This document shows, piece after piece, positions 1 through 14,314 of a DNA stretch of 64,000 nucleotides. The notes under the pieces are model-generated. The model ran no database searches. It saw nothing but the letters and a program-made list of their open reading frames with translations, and was not told the DNA's origin. The position numbers were made by a program, and so were the translations under genes. Origin of the DNA: Rhodosorus marinus CCMP1338 (Eukaryota; Plantae; Rhodophyta); NCBI GenBank assembly GCA_029953675.1, contig JAMWBK010000003.1:3100001-3164000 (forward strand), written 5' to 3'. Position 1 is the stretch's first letter, and each line of letters begins with the position of its first letter.

Positions 1-3000
1 CTCCGTGTTGTCGGGAGAATGTTGTACGAGCTTGGAAAACGAGCCCACGAGTTCCACACGAGAAGCCAACTCGCCTATAGACGAAGAGCGAAGAAACTGA
101 TCAAGTGTGGACAGGACCCCCGCCATTCCAGAGCCGTCCTCGGGCTCAAGCAAGTGCCTTCGCACGATCTCGAACATATGAGGGAACCACCTGCCTGTGA
201 TCTCCTTTGGTGCGACGATTCTGGAGGCCAATATATTCGGCCAGGATGAGATCTCATAGCTGCGCCATTTTGCAGTGAGAAAAGCCAGCTGCCTCTCGTC
301 TTCACTCAGTTTTAGGTCGCTCTTCGCATAGAAGCGATTCCACTCATCAACAAGTCGTAAGAGACCTTCTACTGAGACCGTTAGCCTCGACAGCGATGTA
401 GAATAGTCGCTGTTAGAAATTTTTGCGGCAAGTGACTCAATCCGGCCCAAGACCGGATGCTCCTCCATGGACAAGTCCCGCTTCAACCTTCGAACGTTCT
501 CCGTTAGCAGGGACAGACGCACGACTATGCTGCGAATCTCCTCCGGGAATGCATCCTTGTAAAAGTTTCGACTAGTCTTGCTCGTGCTCGGTAATGCATA
601 GCCTATCCAAAAGAACAAACAAAGCAGGGTGCGGTTGCAAAAATAAGAACTGGGGCCTAGTTGAGTACTTGTCGTTTGACATATCGGTCCACTGGATAGT
701 CCCACCGTTCTCCTTGAGGCATAAAGTTGCAGAAAGGTGCGCGACGGCCGCTTGCTGGCTTAACACTCTACTGGACATTGGCTGCATGCATGGGTTTTTT
801 GAAAGCAGCTCGTAAGCAACGTGGAAGGATTCCGCATAGGTCTGCACCAAAAACTGGCTCTTTGAAGATGCGTGTTGTTTCCAGTCCGCATTGACCAACC
901 CCCGAAAGATCTCCCATATTTGTTGCATGCTGTCTGTGACGCTCTGACGTTTTGGCTTATCACCTGCATTCTTCTCCGCCATTGAGATCCCTCCGAATGC
1001 GTTCGCTATGTCATAGTCAACTTCAACGTCGCCGAAGGTTGCTCTGAAATCTCGTTCTTCTGCTTCCTCCAAAGACTCGTTAGGCCTGCAGACGCTTCCA
1101 TAAGTATACAGACTCTGAGCATTCGTTATTTCCCACAGCTTAGCGTCTTCTAAAACTCTCCACGACTTGATATGAGCCTCCACAGCGCTATATATAGAGG
1201 ACCATTCCTCGCTTACGCTCGAGGCTTTGTAGGCGAGCCTGAGCAACGTGACCTTCTGAAGTCCCAAGTTCGTTGCGAATCGCTGATGAAAGGTTTCCCT
1301 TAGGTTGGACATTGGCATGCTGACAAGGTTATCCACCGTACTCAGGACAGCGTCACCTCCTTCATGAACTTTCAGTGATGTCAGGTAGAGTCGAACGCCG
1401 AGGCGAAGCCTCTCCAGGCCCAAGGCCACCCCACCGAGAGCGTCACGCAGGTGACTGGCAACTCCATCGATTTTGTAGTCCCGCGTGACATTCGCTACTG
1501 AACCCTGCCACGCTCTTTCCAAATCACTAGCCCTTCCCACGTCAGTGCCCATCCTCTTAATAAGATCAGCTACCTTGTCTCCGGACGCGATCTCGTCGCA
1601 GAACCTCCGCAAGCGATGCCAATGCCTATCATAAGGATCCAGCGTTTCAAGTCGAGGCACAATTCTGTCTGCCGTCACCTCAATCAGAGCACGATCAGTT
1701 TCCATTTCAGCTTCCAGATTTTTTTGTCGGGTGACGGTTGCCTTCTCATCATGCCCAAGACGAACTGCGGCCATTACATTCATCGCGGTGACTCTTGCTT
1801 TGAATCGGACCAGAACTTCCGTCGCAGCATTTGACAGCTCCTGAGCAGCCACGGCAGGATCAATTTGGTGCCCCGGAAGAAACTTATTGATCAAGTCCTG
1901 CCCGGAAGAGATCCACATCCGTGCAACTGCATCAAGATGAGCCTAATCAGAACAAGAAAAAAGGGCGAAAAACGTGTGAGTTTTGTAGTTCGAAATCTTC
2001 GTGTACCCTCACCCGCTTTTGCTCTCCAGCCTTCCTTACCTTCACGCCGTCGACCACAAGCGGGTCCCCTTTCGCTAACGTGCTTAATCCCTCAAGCGCT
2101 TCAACTCCTCCCAGCCATGAGTTGGAACCAGAAACCACCGTGCCAGCAAGTCGGAAAGTCTCTTCTAGATAAGTAGATCTGTTCTCTATGGTGAGGTTTC
2201 GAGGTCTGCTTCCGATAAACATGGAAAACAGCAAAGGGAGGATCAGCTCGTACTCTTTTACGTCCTTGATTCCACCAAGCTTGGGTAGGGGAACTCACCC
2301 GCCCCTGTGTTGCAAGGAGAGCATCATTTTCAAGGGACCATCGAAGATCAGAGCTGAAGCCGGACCGGTAAGGGCCCAGTCAAGGCTACTAGGAGGATCG
2401 ATTCGCTTATTCCACTCCCAAAGCCGCTGCAGCCACTGCAGCTCAGATTCAATCTCAGAACCTGATCCCCACAACACTCTTTGCAAGGACACCAACGAGT
2501 TCGGAGAGACGCTACTGGATTGCAAGCCGTAGGTCAAAGCTGCCAAGGCATTGAGTTTGGACTTGGAAAGGAGAGTCTTCAGAGAATATGCCAGAGAAAC
2601 TCCATCGAGATATTTCGCTGTCGGGACGAGCTTCGGATCCTCAACGTCCACGCCGCTACCCATCTTTAGCAGGTTGGTAAAGCCATGTAGCTCCGACGCA
2701 AGCGTTTTTGAATTGTTACCTACGTCCGTTGATAGTGTACAAAGTGCCTCCACAACAAACTTTTTGGTCTGCGGATCTCTGATGACCTTTCCTTCACCCT
2801 CGAGCACCCTGAGCACGGACGTTAAGGACGTCTCCAGTTCCAAGAACAAGAGACTTTTGGGAACTGGTAGGTCCTTAACTCGAACCAAGGCGCCCAATGG
2901 TTCGTGGAGAAGAAGGGCCTCGGCAGATGCCCCGTCAAGCAGCTGTATAAGAGATGGGCTGGTCGCTTTCAGGTAGTGGAAGAGAACGATCAATCTCTCG

Positions 3001-6000
3001 GCCACAGACCCATGGTGGTCTTCACTACTGGAAACAACTATTGCCTTCTTCAATATCTCCAGGGCTCTGAGCATGGACCTCTCATCCACGTACTGTTCTT
3101 GCGAAATTGTAGCTTCTGCAAGCTCCGCCACAGCTGATATTATTCGCAAGCTACGATCAGATCGCTTTGAACCTTCCATCCCTTTCCTCATGTTGCGCTT
3201 GATGCTGCAAGCAAGATGATGACTTCGGCTCGAAGGTTGCTCTCGGACACTCAACAGTGACAATTTCGCGATTTCAGCGGTCTCACGTATAGCAGCATCT
3301 TCCTGCTCAAAGGAGGACAGTTCATCGATACGGATTTCTCGATCACGTTCCACGTAATTCGACACATACTCAGCGAAGACCTCTTCAATAATCTTTGAAC
3401 GGGTGCTGGCTTTCGGGTATAGCCCTAACATCGCTACAGGCATCTCGCGGCTCTCGGAATTGCGGAAGCCATTCAAAAAACGTGAGACGTAACCCGCGGC
3501 TACGAAGCCAGTATTCTCTGCCTCAACATCAACCTTAAGCAGGTTGTGGATTGCGACTGCCTCCATGTGTGCCTCGAAGCAGTCCGTATTGGCTCCAATT
3601 TCTGCAGCAGAACGGTCCAGAATACCATGTTGATGCTCCTTCACTTGGAGAAGCTTGTCAAGTATTTCCTTCGGCAACTCACGATATAGCTCTAGCGTTG
3701 CCTCTTGAATGGCGCTGAGCCACGGTTTTCCATGAGCAACCAACAGTCTGGATCGTAGCGGGATCTGTTGTGATGGTGGCTTTTCGTTTGGAAACTCATA
3801 TGCAACCCATTTGTCCAGCTCTACGAGGAAGTTTGAAACAGACCCCAGAGGTCCCGGAATACCTGATCCAAAGGCAAATGCCGACAAGTTGTCATTCGAG
3901 GCACACGCTTTGCCCCCCATTGCAATCTCCACGCAGCGGTTGCGCAATGCTTTTGATATGTCCCCATCCCTGGGGTCCATTGTCATGAAAAGTCGAAAAT
4001 TCCGATGCGGTCGAAAAACTTGTGGATCGCCGTTGTCGTCCGGTGGTGCTTCCGCAAGGATACTTTCGCCACCAGGCTTCTCGAGAAGAGGATTCAATCT
4101 GTCCAAAACGGCATGGGGAATCTGGAAAAGCTCATGCGTATTAGATCCGTAGGTTTTGATCACAAATGCTTGCGTGTTTCGACGATTCCATATTTCTTCG
4201 ACAAGTACCTGGTTAGCATTCCTCAACAAGACCCAATCACCACGTTCAGCTGCTTGAACTAGTTCGCTTCGGGTCCATCGGAACGCCGCCCCGTCGGAAA
4301 TTGGTATCGAATCTAATTGCTCCCGGATACGCGACAATCCTGAAGAATCATGCGAGCTCAAGCGAGAGCACACGTCAAGGAGTGCCCGAATCTGTTCCAG
4401 CAACGATTCGTCATGAAGCTTGCCATTGTAGTAGGCCTTTACCTATCAACGCAAGGGTTCACCAAAATCAGCGACCGAGCAATCTCCGCAACGAAACCAA
4501 AGACTTGTGAGAAAGCCAGGAAGCTAGGGTTTCCAACCCACCGCGTTATCAGCAGAGATCCTCGCGTGTTCAACATTCGCTGCTCCAACATCATCTGCGT
4601 CGGAAATTAGGCTGCGTACTAAATGTGAGGCTATGCTGTCAACCTTTGACTTCACTTCTAGGAACCCCTTCATTTGATTGTGCTGCTCATACCCGCCCAG
4701 CAGGTCACTTGTGTCAGAAGCGGAGGACAGCCATACCTAACCATTCGGAGTATTCGAGGGAAAAAGAGTTTGTGTTAGAGATATAACAGGGCAGGTTTTC
4801 TCTTTGGACTTACGGACCTGCCTAAGCTGAACTCCACAAATGTTGGCAAACGCGTTGAGAAGCGATTCCTTGCCGGAATCAGAAACACCTCTCAGGCAGA
4901 CAGGCCAGCAATGCCCCTAAAGAAACCAAAAAGAAGGAGCATTTAGCTACCAGGGCAAAAGGCTCTTGTTTAGAAATGGCCAGCTTACCACGGATAACGC
5001 GATGGAACGGAGGTGACCCAGTTGGGAGTTGAGAATCTGTGGATGCGGCTTCAGACCAGGTCTAAACGCGTCCTCAGGCAAATAGTCACCTCTAGGAAGT
5101 GTTTGCGGGCCAATCGTCAGAGTTTTTGCGCTGATTTGAAGCCTCGGTTCTTCCTCAAAGATGGCACAGTAGCCGAAGGCCTTTTCGAATATTCGCCGGG
5201 ACACCTCTTGGATCTCGTCCCCGTCGTTACCACTCAGGACGAGTCGTTTCCGGATCAACGTGTCATATACATCTTCAACGCTCACCGTAGACTTTCGCAA
5301 CTCAACCCACCGCAAAACATCGCGGAGGTTTAAGTCCAGCAAACCCTGCTGGTAAAGCTCGCGCATCAACACTGACAAGGAGGTTAGCTCTTGTGGCTCA
5401 ACCCATGGGTAAAGCGTACTAGCAATAAGCACAATGTCCGTGTCATCCAGTCGACGCACGTAAACTCTCGTGAACCTGTTTATAAAGCTTTGGGGTAGAC
5501 GCCTTCTTCCACCCCCCTCGTTCGCTGGATTTTGAGCACCGAAAAGTCGGAATCCGTTCGCAGCTTTTACCTCTCGCTGCAGCTCGGGAATGAAAGCAGA
5601 CTGTCTGTGGTCAAGTACAGAGTTCAACCCCTCGAGAACAGACTGTGATGCTAGGTTCAACTCATCTAGAAGAATCCAATGACCACCTCGCATAGCGCTC
5701 AGCAGGGGTCCTTCCTTAAACCTGAACTTTCCAGGTATGGCAGTTGGAACGTCACATCTACAACGGCACGAGCAAACAAAGCTTTCAGACTCTCTTGCTA
5801 TACATTTTGCTCTACAAGAAAATGCTGATTGACAAAAAAAAATTTGCGAGGATCACTACCCGAGGAGGTCAGCCATTTCAGTGTGCTCCGACAAGTTAAC
5901 CCGCACCAGGAAGTACCCGCTGGCTTCAGCGAGCGCTTCAACCATGGACGTCTTGCCTACTCCTGGCGGCCCTTCAAGCAGAATAGCCCTTGGCAACAGG

Positions 6001-9000
6001 AACGCCCGTGCCACACGAGCACAGTTTCCAGCAGTACCTCGTGTATTGTATGCGTACCTGTTCGAGACGGCCGATGTGAGATGTTACGTCGCAATGGAAC
6101 CGCATCTTGGCCTTGGCATAAAAAAAAGCGTGGGCCTTACCTTAAGGCTTCCGTTTGGTTTCTTCGAAGGCCACGTCTGATGCGGAAAACAGCAAATTGA
6201 ACTCCTTCTTCATCAACGATCATGTCAACCGTTTTCGTGAAGTCAGCCTCTCTAGCCTGAGCCCGGACATCCGTCTCCTCGATGCTGTCGATAATCCGTT
6301 CCCATGCGAGTTTACTGATGTCTGAGGTAGGAAACCCTCCAACAAGGCTGTTGCCGGACATAAGCTCCATTCCATCGAGCAGAATCAAGCGCACTCCATG
6401 TGCGAGACCCACTTGTGGTCTTATACTGTATTGTTCTGCAGCGTTTCGAATGAAGCTGCACCAAGCTGTAATGTCTCGAAGCGACAGCGTGATATCGTGC
6501 TCCGAACCCCATTTGGCAAAGTCAACGATCACATCCGCGACCATTCTCTCTTCCGTAAGGTCACCTTGCAATAAATCTCTCGTCAGCCTCTCAAAATCTT
6601 CTGATTCTGGAGGTGGACACCATATTTCCGTGAACCTATTCTGCAAAGCAGGGGACAGCTCCTTCTTTCCAAAATCCCCTCCTGGATTCATAGTTGCGAG
6701 AACTTGAAATTTCGGATCAGCGACAATGATTTCCGCTTGAGGATCACCCCCCTTTTCTGCGAGGAACAAGGTCCGCTCCGGTTCCAACACAGAATTCAGT
6801 CTTTCTGCCACAGCATGGTCAGCCATGTTCAGCTCATCGAGTAGAAGGCAGGATCCGTCGCGCATGGCTGCTACAAGTGGCCCATCACACCATTCAAACA
6901 GCTTACCGGAACTTCTATCAGTAGTCCTCGTCGGTCGATAACCACCGAGGAAATCCGATGCTTCTGAATTGCGATGGAGGTTGACAGTGTACAGAGATAC
7001 TCCGAGCGCCTCGGAGACTACTTGGCACGCCGTAGTTTTGCCTCCGCCGGTTGCGCCTACGAGAAGCGCTGGTTCTCCGTGAGTTGCGCATTCCCAAGCG
7101 AGAGCGACCATTCGCATCATGGCCTTGGTCGGGTATACTTGGAGTCGCTGGACCACTTCTTGAATTGCTGGATTCGACCAGACGCTTTCGTATAAGTTGT
7201 GGCTGCAGATTGATGCTCGGCAGTATTTCTCTATTATTCTCCGTATCGTATCCACCTGTCTAGGGTCTCGCGCTCTCTCAGCCAACAGAAAAAAGCCAAA
7301 GTTCGCGAGCTCTTGCCGGTCCCTTGGCAACCTTGAAGCCCAGCGAAACAGATCCTTTGCGTGAGAGAAAGAGGCAGAGAAGTCCTGAGCATGGCGTACA
7401 TACAGAAGGTGAGAAACAGTTCTCTGGCGACTTACTCGAGCGGTAACAAACCCGTCCTTGCCTTGGAATAGTTTTGATGAGCTTCGCTCTATCTGGAGGT
7501 CGTGCATGATTGCTATCATACTCTTTGCAAAAGACTCAGGAACTCGGCCCCGGTGACAAAGGACTGCACTGAGTTCCTCGTCGGGCATACTGTTTATATG
7601 GATTTCGATGAATCGACTCAGAAACGCCTGAGAAAGCTGCTTCCTTCCACCGTACAGGCCGGGAGGGTTTTGAGTGGCAAAAAGCGCAAATTTCGGGCTC
7701 GCCTTCACCACCTCCCCGGTCTCGGGAATCGTCAGCTCTCGATTGTCGTCCAGCAATCGATTTAGGGCTTCGAGAACTTCTCCCGGGGCAAGGTTCAGCT
7801 CATCAAGAACGATCCACCACCCTTTCCGAGCAGCTTCGACTAGAGGACCTTCCTTGAAACATGGGACACCGTCCTCATTCACTATGTAACCACCAAGGTA
7901 TTCGGCGACATCTGTGTGCTCGTGGTTGTTGATACGAATGATCTTGTGCTTGGTCCTTCTTGCCAAATAGGACACCAACGAGGTTTTACCCGCCGCGGTT
8001 GGTCCTTGAAGGAGTACCGGCAGCTTGTTCGTACCGACTGCCACCGCTCTAGTGACTTCTTCCAAGGTCTTAGCAACGCTTGGAGTAATCACGAAGGCGT
8101 CGTGCTGTACCACCTCACTAGCGTTCCCCGATTCAACCAAAAAACCTCCAATTTTGATACAGTCCGACACTGAAATAAAGTCCGAAATCCTCCTCCACGT
8201 TGAACCTGCGAGCAGTATTTCCCGGGAGAGTCTGAGGACGGCATCGCGGGAAGAAGCGGGAAGAGGTGTGACAAAAGCGAGTATTGAACCCTCGTAAAGC
8301 GCTACAGAGGCGAGGTCGCGCGGGAGAAGCTCGAGCTGTCCACGAGCAAAGTCTAGCATTCTAGAGAGAGACCTCAGGCTGAAACGTGGCTTGCGACCCG
8401 CTGCGTCCTGAATGAGTCCATCCTTGGAAAGCTTGCGACAGCTAATGAAGAAGCGTGAAACTCTGTCAGCAACATTGTGATCCTCTTTCGAAGCGCTGGC
8501 GGCGGTACGATGCAACCTGGAGAGCACAAAGATCAGCAGATCATCATGAGACTCCATGTCCGCCACGAAAAATTCTGTGAACCTAGCGCGAATCGAGTCT
8601 GGAAGCTTCTTCTTCCCCATGTCTGTTGGTGGGTTCATGGCCGCGAAAATCGAGAATCCAGAATTCGCCCTTACGAACCCTCCCTGTCCTTCTGGAGCCG
8701 GCAGGCAGTAATCGTCCAGTAGACTAACCAAGCTCTCAAGCGCTTCCACAGGTGCGAGGTTGATCTCATCGAGGAGCACCCAAGACCCTTTTCGCATTGC
8801 ATTCAACAACATACCCTCTGCATAGTGAAACTTCATTGTCCTTCTCCGCTTGTGTGGAGACGGAGATTCGGTGGACTTGGCCTCTTCACCTGCCAGCACT
8901 TCCAGCTCCCTCAGCCCACTTTCTACCGCCCTCCACAGGTTCGTGACGCTCTCGCTTGTACTTCTTCTGCCGGACGGTAAAGTATTTAACACTTTTCTCA

Positions 9001-11432
9001 TCAATCGGGCAGACTTGTGCAACTGTTTTCTTCTAGCCATTCGAAACAAACTATCGAGGAGCTCCTTGTTCTTTGACAAAGAAAACGAAGCCCGAAAAGC
9101 ATGGTCGAACAACGCTACTGTCGACTGCAGGGTTCTTTGCACATCTGTTGGCCGATATCCACCTAGACAAGGGATTCCGGCCGTATGAGAAAAGAAAAAC
9201 ACGTCTCTGAGGATATACCTTGTGGTTTCCGATATGAGTGCGTACCAACAAGTTCATTTACATCGCTCTGCTGGGACATATTTACAACCACCAACGTCTT
9301 CCCGCAGAGCCTCGCTAATTCCTGTACAATCGCAGTTTTCCCAGTTCCTGATTCACCATTTAGTAGTACAGACTCACCCACCTCGACACATCGCCCAACA
9401 CGCTCCAGGAGACGTAGAGACTCCCCTGCTGGCGCAAGCTTGAGCCTCGCAGTTTCACTCTTGCGAGCTGACTCAAGAGTAGCCCGACCGATCTTCACAA
9501 ACCCTGGTTCAAATTCGACAGTAGGCTTAATCAAGGAGTCGAAATTCTGCCCAACCTCAACAGGTGCACTCCAGGCATCACAGATGGCCGCAATCGCGGC
9601 TGTCCGATTATCTGGTTTCATTTCCGAAGCGCACATAACGTCCACCGTTTCTACGACCGCAAGCTCCACCGTCACTGAAGAAGAAGAATGGCAATGAGCA
9701 AGAAGAAACGGGGCAAGGAAATTGCTTCTAAATAGTAGAAACCGTTACACTAAGACAAGACGAAGCCATGAGACCACGCACCTTCCTTCAAAGCAATTAA
9801 ACGCTTGCATACTTTGATTCCTTCCCTCACTGAGAGCTGTTTTGAGAGATTTTGAGATTGCGAGGGCAACTGGGATATCCGGTCGATGCTCTTAACAACT
9901 CTTGCGACACATTCCTCAACTTCAGGAAATCGCTCACATAATATCCAACCCATGGCCTCCTTTGAGTAGCTTGCCATTTGAATCCTACACCATGTCTGCG
10001 ATCCACCCGGGGGTTCCCATGCTCGATCTTCTCCTGCAAAAATGGGCAACCGGAAAACATTCTGTTCTTCAGCAAGGACTTTCCACAAACGATCTAGCGG
10101 CTCGTTCAACATGTACCAAGACACTTACGTGTTGTCCTGGTAGCAATTATCTGATACCCACTAGCTACTTTCAAACTTTCTCCTCCGCCACGTACTTGAA
10201 AGCTATCCCCAGGCCTTAGATTCACAAGTGCCTCAACTATGGCCTGTACACCACTGGAAGCAGCCTGTCTGGTGGGTCCAGGCAACCCTTCCAAAACCAC
10301 CCATCTACCATCTCGAATGGCACATCCAAGTGGTCCAGGCCTCCATCGAAACTCACCATTCTTCTCCGGAACAACTGAACCAAACATGTCGTTAAGATCC
10401 TCCTCTGCGCTCGAGCTGCCATCCAAGTGTATTCTAGCAAGCCCGCTGATGTCGGTGTACATGTCCATGAGCACAAGGTCACAAAAGGACGGCAAATCAT
10501 TCAGTGAAGCGCTCCATAAGCAAGGCTCAGACGTCCGAAAAAGCCGAGCTTTAGCTTCAGAACGCGAGATAGATTCGAATGACCGAGAATACGCAGCACT
10601 TGTGCTGAGATGCGCGGACCCCATAAGCACAGGGTTGATCTGGACCGCGGCTTTCCTGATCTAGAACTGCAATGTAACGATACGCGCTGTCCCGATTCAC
10701 GAAAACGGGCCTAAAGACTTGACATAGACCTTACCCGGATTTGTGCATAGCTTGAACAGACCCGTTCCCGGTGACGGTGGCCATGAAGTTGATCAGCTCC
10801 GACTTTCCGGAACCTGGTGGCCCCTCCAAGACAATAGGGACACCACTGGAAAGGCCCGAAGCAAAGAGCTTGGCTGCGTAGATGAGCTTGTCATTACACC
10901 ATACGATGGTAGCTTGCGGTGGATTGGAAGATTGTTCTGCTCTGATGTGTATATTCACGCCGTGTATGTTCACAAAGTCAGGCGAACTTTTCGTTTCCAC
11001 ATCTGGCTTTGATGCGTTGTTGACGTTTTCACTAGCCGAATCTCGCTGCAGAAGGAAATTTCTAGCCTCCCTTACACCTTCAAGTTCACACATGAGCTCC
11101 TCCGGAATTTTTTCAGGTAGAACGGAAGCGTTTGAATTCAGATACGCCCACGCTGTTCTGGCCATGTTTGATCCAGCGGCAGCTCTTCTGACGAGGCCGT
11201 CTCTATCGATCAAATACTGGGCACGAGCACCCATTCCATAACACAACAAAGCTGCGTGCACGTCGTCTTTCACGGAAATACCACTTGACAGCAAAACAGC
11301 TGCCACAGCCTCGGAACCTCGGCAGATAGCCATCACCCGACATACATCCGCCTGGTTTCCATCCATGATCAGCTGATGTGCTCGACGGGGCATAAACCCC
11401 TCCCCATCACGGCAAAGCTCGAGATAATTCAT
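1..11432 (-). CDS. MDN1: Midasin (Rea1/MDN1) AAA-ATPase for 60S maturation; multi-exon, 3' end beyond the left edge
   Basis: Consecutive minus-strand ORFs carry repeated midasin AAA motifs: GPPGSGKS, GESGTGKT, GPTAAGKTS, GATGGGKTT, WVLLDEINLA, WIVLDELNLA, WILLDELNLASQSVLEGLNS, FATQNP, FRLFMTMDP. My translation of about 554 to 1 is open (LLRLVDEWNRF...KWRSYEISSW...FLRSSSIGELASRVEL) and fits the midasin linker. ATG at 11432 has an in-frame stop upstream. Confidence 0.96.
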
Positions 11433-12242
11433 CCTTACGACGACGCTCAGATCCTCTTTCTAGTGTTCAACCATGTCCTTCTCCAGAACTCCAATCCATT
11501 TCCTCAAACCCATCCACCATCGAAAACCAAAGATCCCGAAAACCGGCAAGCACACGCTCCCTGGACCACTTATACACTAATGGAAACTTCTCTCTGAGCT
11601 TAAATGTTATACGGTTCTACAGGTCAGCGAAAACCTAACGCAGAATACCTGCTGTTGTCGTTCAGTCCCGAAAGAAGCGGAAGAAGCACATCGCTCCGAT
11701 CAAAGACATTTGTCTCTTCGAAACGCTTGCGAACGCCAAAATTGCTCGTGAACTCACCCTGAAGTTTTATTTTTCTGGTTGTTGTCACCTGCTTTTGTGC
11801 AACGACTACTCTTTGACGGGTCCCTTTTGGCAGTGAGACTCGATACTTCTTAAGAGAGGACAGGTTATTGAAAGTGCGATGCGAGACGAGGCAAACTGCT
11901 CTTGGCAATCGCTCATATAATAGCTAAACGGGCAAAGCTCCGGGTTTCTGTTCGGTCTGCTAAGGGACAGCCTTTTTTGTTGTGAGCGGTGCGGCAACGT
12001 ACACAACTTCGGTATATTGAGACTCCTCTGCTTAAAAATTCGTCTGTTTCGTCGCTTCACAGTCACCCTTGTCGAGTGGTTTTTATTTTGTTCTCGGTCA
12101 GCACAGGCTTTTCTCAAATGGTACACCCTCAAGATGTGGCAATGAACACTTTGCTGAATTCGAGTTGTTCGGGTTATACAGAGTTTCCTTTATATGCATC
12201 AGCTCTTGGCTGTTTTGTGCTCCTAATACGCAGGAGAACTTC

Positions 12243-12937
12243 TTAGTGAATCGAAGGCTTTGAATACCCATGCTGAGGATAGGGAGTTGGTCTATGTGCA
12301 ACGACGTCTCTTGATGCTACAGAGAGTCGTCTCGTCAAGAAGAACGCCAGTACAAGGAAGATTCCGAGGAGCACAGATTTGTAGGAGAGCACTACGGGGA
12401 ACGCATTCAACAGAACTGCAACCAGAATGCTTGACCTGCTGTGTATAGCTTTTTCGTCCATTAGTCGACAACTCTGCATTGACTCACAAAACTCCTCCAT
12501 TGCCGGTACAAGGGTCTCCGGGTCGCCGCAACCTTCCTTAGCATAAGATAGTTCACATTGGTCTTTCACAACGCGCCGCTCCAAGATCTCTTGGCGAATA
12601 CGATCTCTGGTATCTAACGCTACTAGCACCGCAAAGGTCACAATCAAAGCGGTCATAAACAGAGTTGCAACGACTGTAAATCCTGTTGCACACCATGAGC
12701 GAACCCTCTGAATGCATCATCAGATAGCAAGAGACAGATCAGTCTCAACAATCAGCAAGAACATGAAAGAGAAGGAACCATTACCACATACGCACTTACC
12801 AAGTTGGCTTCCTCCGAATAATCCCTTTTCCCATACGCGAGGCACTCGCGGGTTGAAACACCACCGGCATGTTTCTCTCGATAAGCATAGACAAACTTCG
12901 CCTCGTGCTCGTGCGGAGCACTCCAGTTTACTTCCAT
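12243..12937 (-). CDS. Brr6/Brl1-family nuclear envelope membrane protein; 5' end uncertain
   Basis: ORF 12243-12656 has TM - C-x3-Y-x4-C...VPAMEEFC...C - LLNAF...LSYKS - TM, the four-cysteine Brr6/Brl1 pattern. A phase-0 intron 12708-12799 (gtaagt...ttcag) joins it to the upstream exon (EEANL|RVRSWCATGF). First in-frame ATG found is 12937. Confidence 0.75.
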
Positions 12938-14314
12938 TACGAGAGAAGCCTTGGCAAGTGAGAAGTACCTCAACCCATCTGCACGAAGCGCCCAATCCCC
13001 TTCTCCAATCGCGGCTTTTCTCGATATTCAACTTATAGCCTGATTTGTCCAATGCAGGCGTTTGCTGAAGAGTCAGTTTGACACCTGCTTCGCTAGTCAA
13101 ATCCGGACCTTGTTCAAGGCGGCAGTTAACGACACCTGAGGCTAAACCTTCAGGAACATTTCTTGAGTCGGGAATTACATGTCCATATGTCCATAGACAA
13201 GCACCTGCAAGGTATCGGTGTGACATCCTCGCATTTGCCGTGAGAGAAAAGATTTCTTAGAGACACGCAAAAGCGGGTCAGAACGCGCTCATTTTTACCC
13301 TCGAGAGGCGAGAGGCTACCTCGTCAAGCATCGTCTCTGAATAAAAATTCTGCACGAGTCCACTCGGTTACAGCAATCACAACGGATCGTGGGATGGAAG
13401 AATCCCACCCCCGGCCAAACACGCGGTCCAACAATACCTTTTTGACTGAGTAAGAATTGAAAACGATTGCATTTGTATTTCAGTAAAACAATATACTTCC
13501 GAACAAATATATTAGAAAAATGTCATATCTACTAGAAATACCTTAAAACTAATACAAAACAAACGTTTAATGTCCCAAAACACCGGAGTCATCCCTGGAT
13601 CTTTCCCAGTACTTATTTGCTTCTTTTTTCTGGCTTTTTACGGATCAATTAATGAATTCCGGCAGGGACATTGCATCATTCCTCATAGTTTTTGTTTTTA
13701 CTAACTTTTTCAGGTTTGGTAGGAAATACTAGATCCGTTCAGTTTGTCTAAGCCCCACTAATCTCACTATTTTTCCAATGATTGGAGTAAAGGTTTTCCT
13801 AATTCAGTATAATTATTATAATTGGATACATATATTTCCAATAATAATAATAATAATTTATATATTCGCATAAATACTTTTTTATTGGATACTATGGTTA
13901 TAATTCGCCGAAGGATTGGGGAAACTCCTTAGGACTTTGTTATCTTGCATGCAATTGGTTAAATATTGATTGAGAACAACCATTTTTCATGAAAAGCATT
14001 TTGCTCGGGCACGTTCTGGATCAGTGGACCGGAAAAGGCCAATGTTTGCTGAAAATCGTGAGGGGGGGTATGTTTTCTTTTTTTTAAAGGAATTTGGAGT
14101 TAAACGCTGTGTGTTTGCTGTGTTTTTTGGGGGGTTGGAGTTGATGGTTTGGGATTTCGATTTCACGTGTATGAGGTTTTGGGGTTTAGATCTGAGGTAG
14201 GTTGGTAGTTGGAGAAAGAACTGAAGACAATACTGGTCTTTAGATTCTTGTTCAACTCCATTCGTAGGACTTTGAGGAAAACGAGGAGGTATTTGAAGAC
14301 CAGTTGTTTTCAAT

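Noticed and set aside
9185-11241. Plus-strand ORFs opposite midasin, and similar antisense ORFs opposite HRQ1, XMAP215 and the GH13 gene
   Set aside because: These are typical antisense shadows of long coding regions, with no independent motifs.
11624-12132. Two overlapping basic minus-strand ORFs between midasin and Brr6
   Set aside because: No recognisable motif or convincing splice model; may be UTR or promoter.
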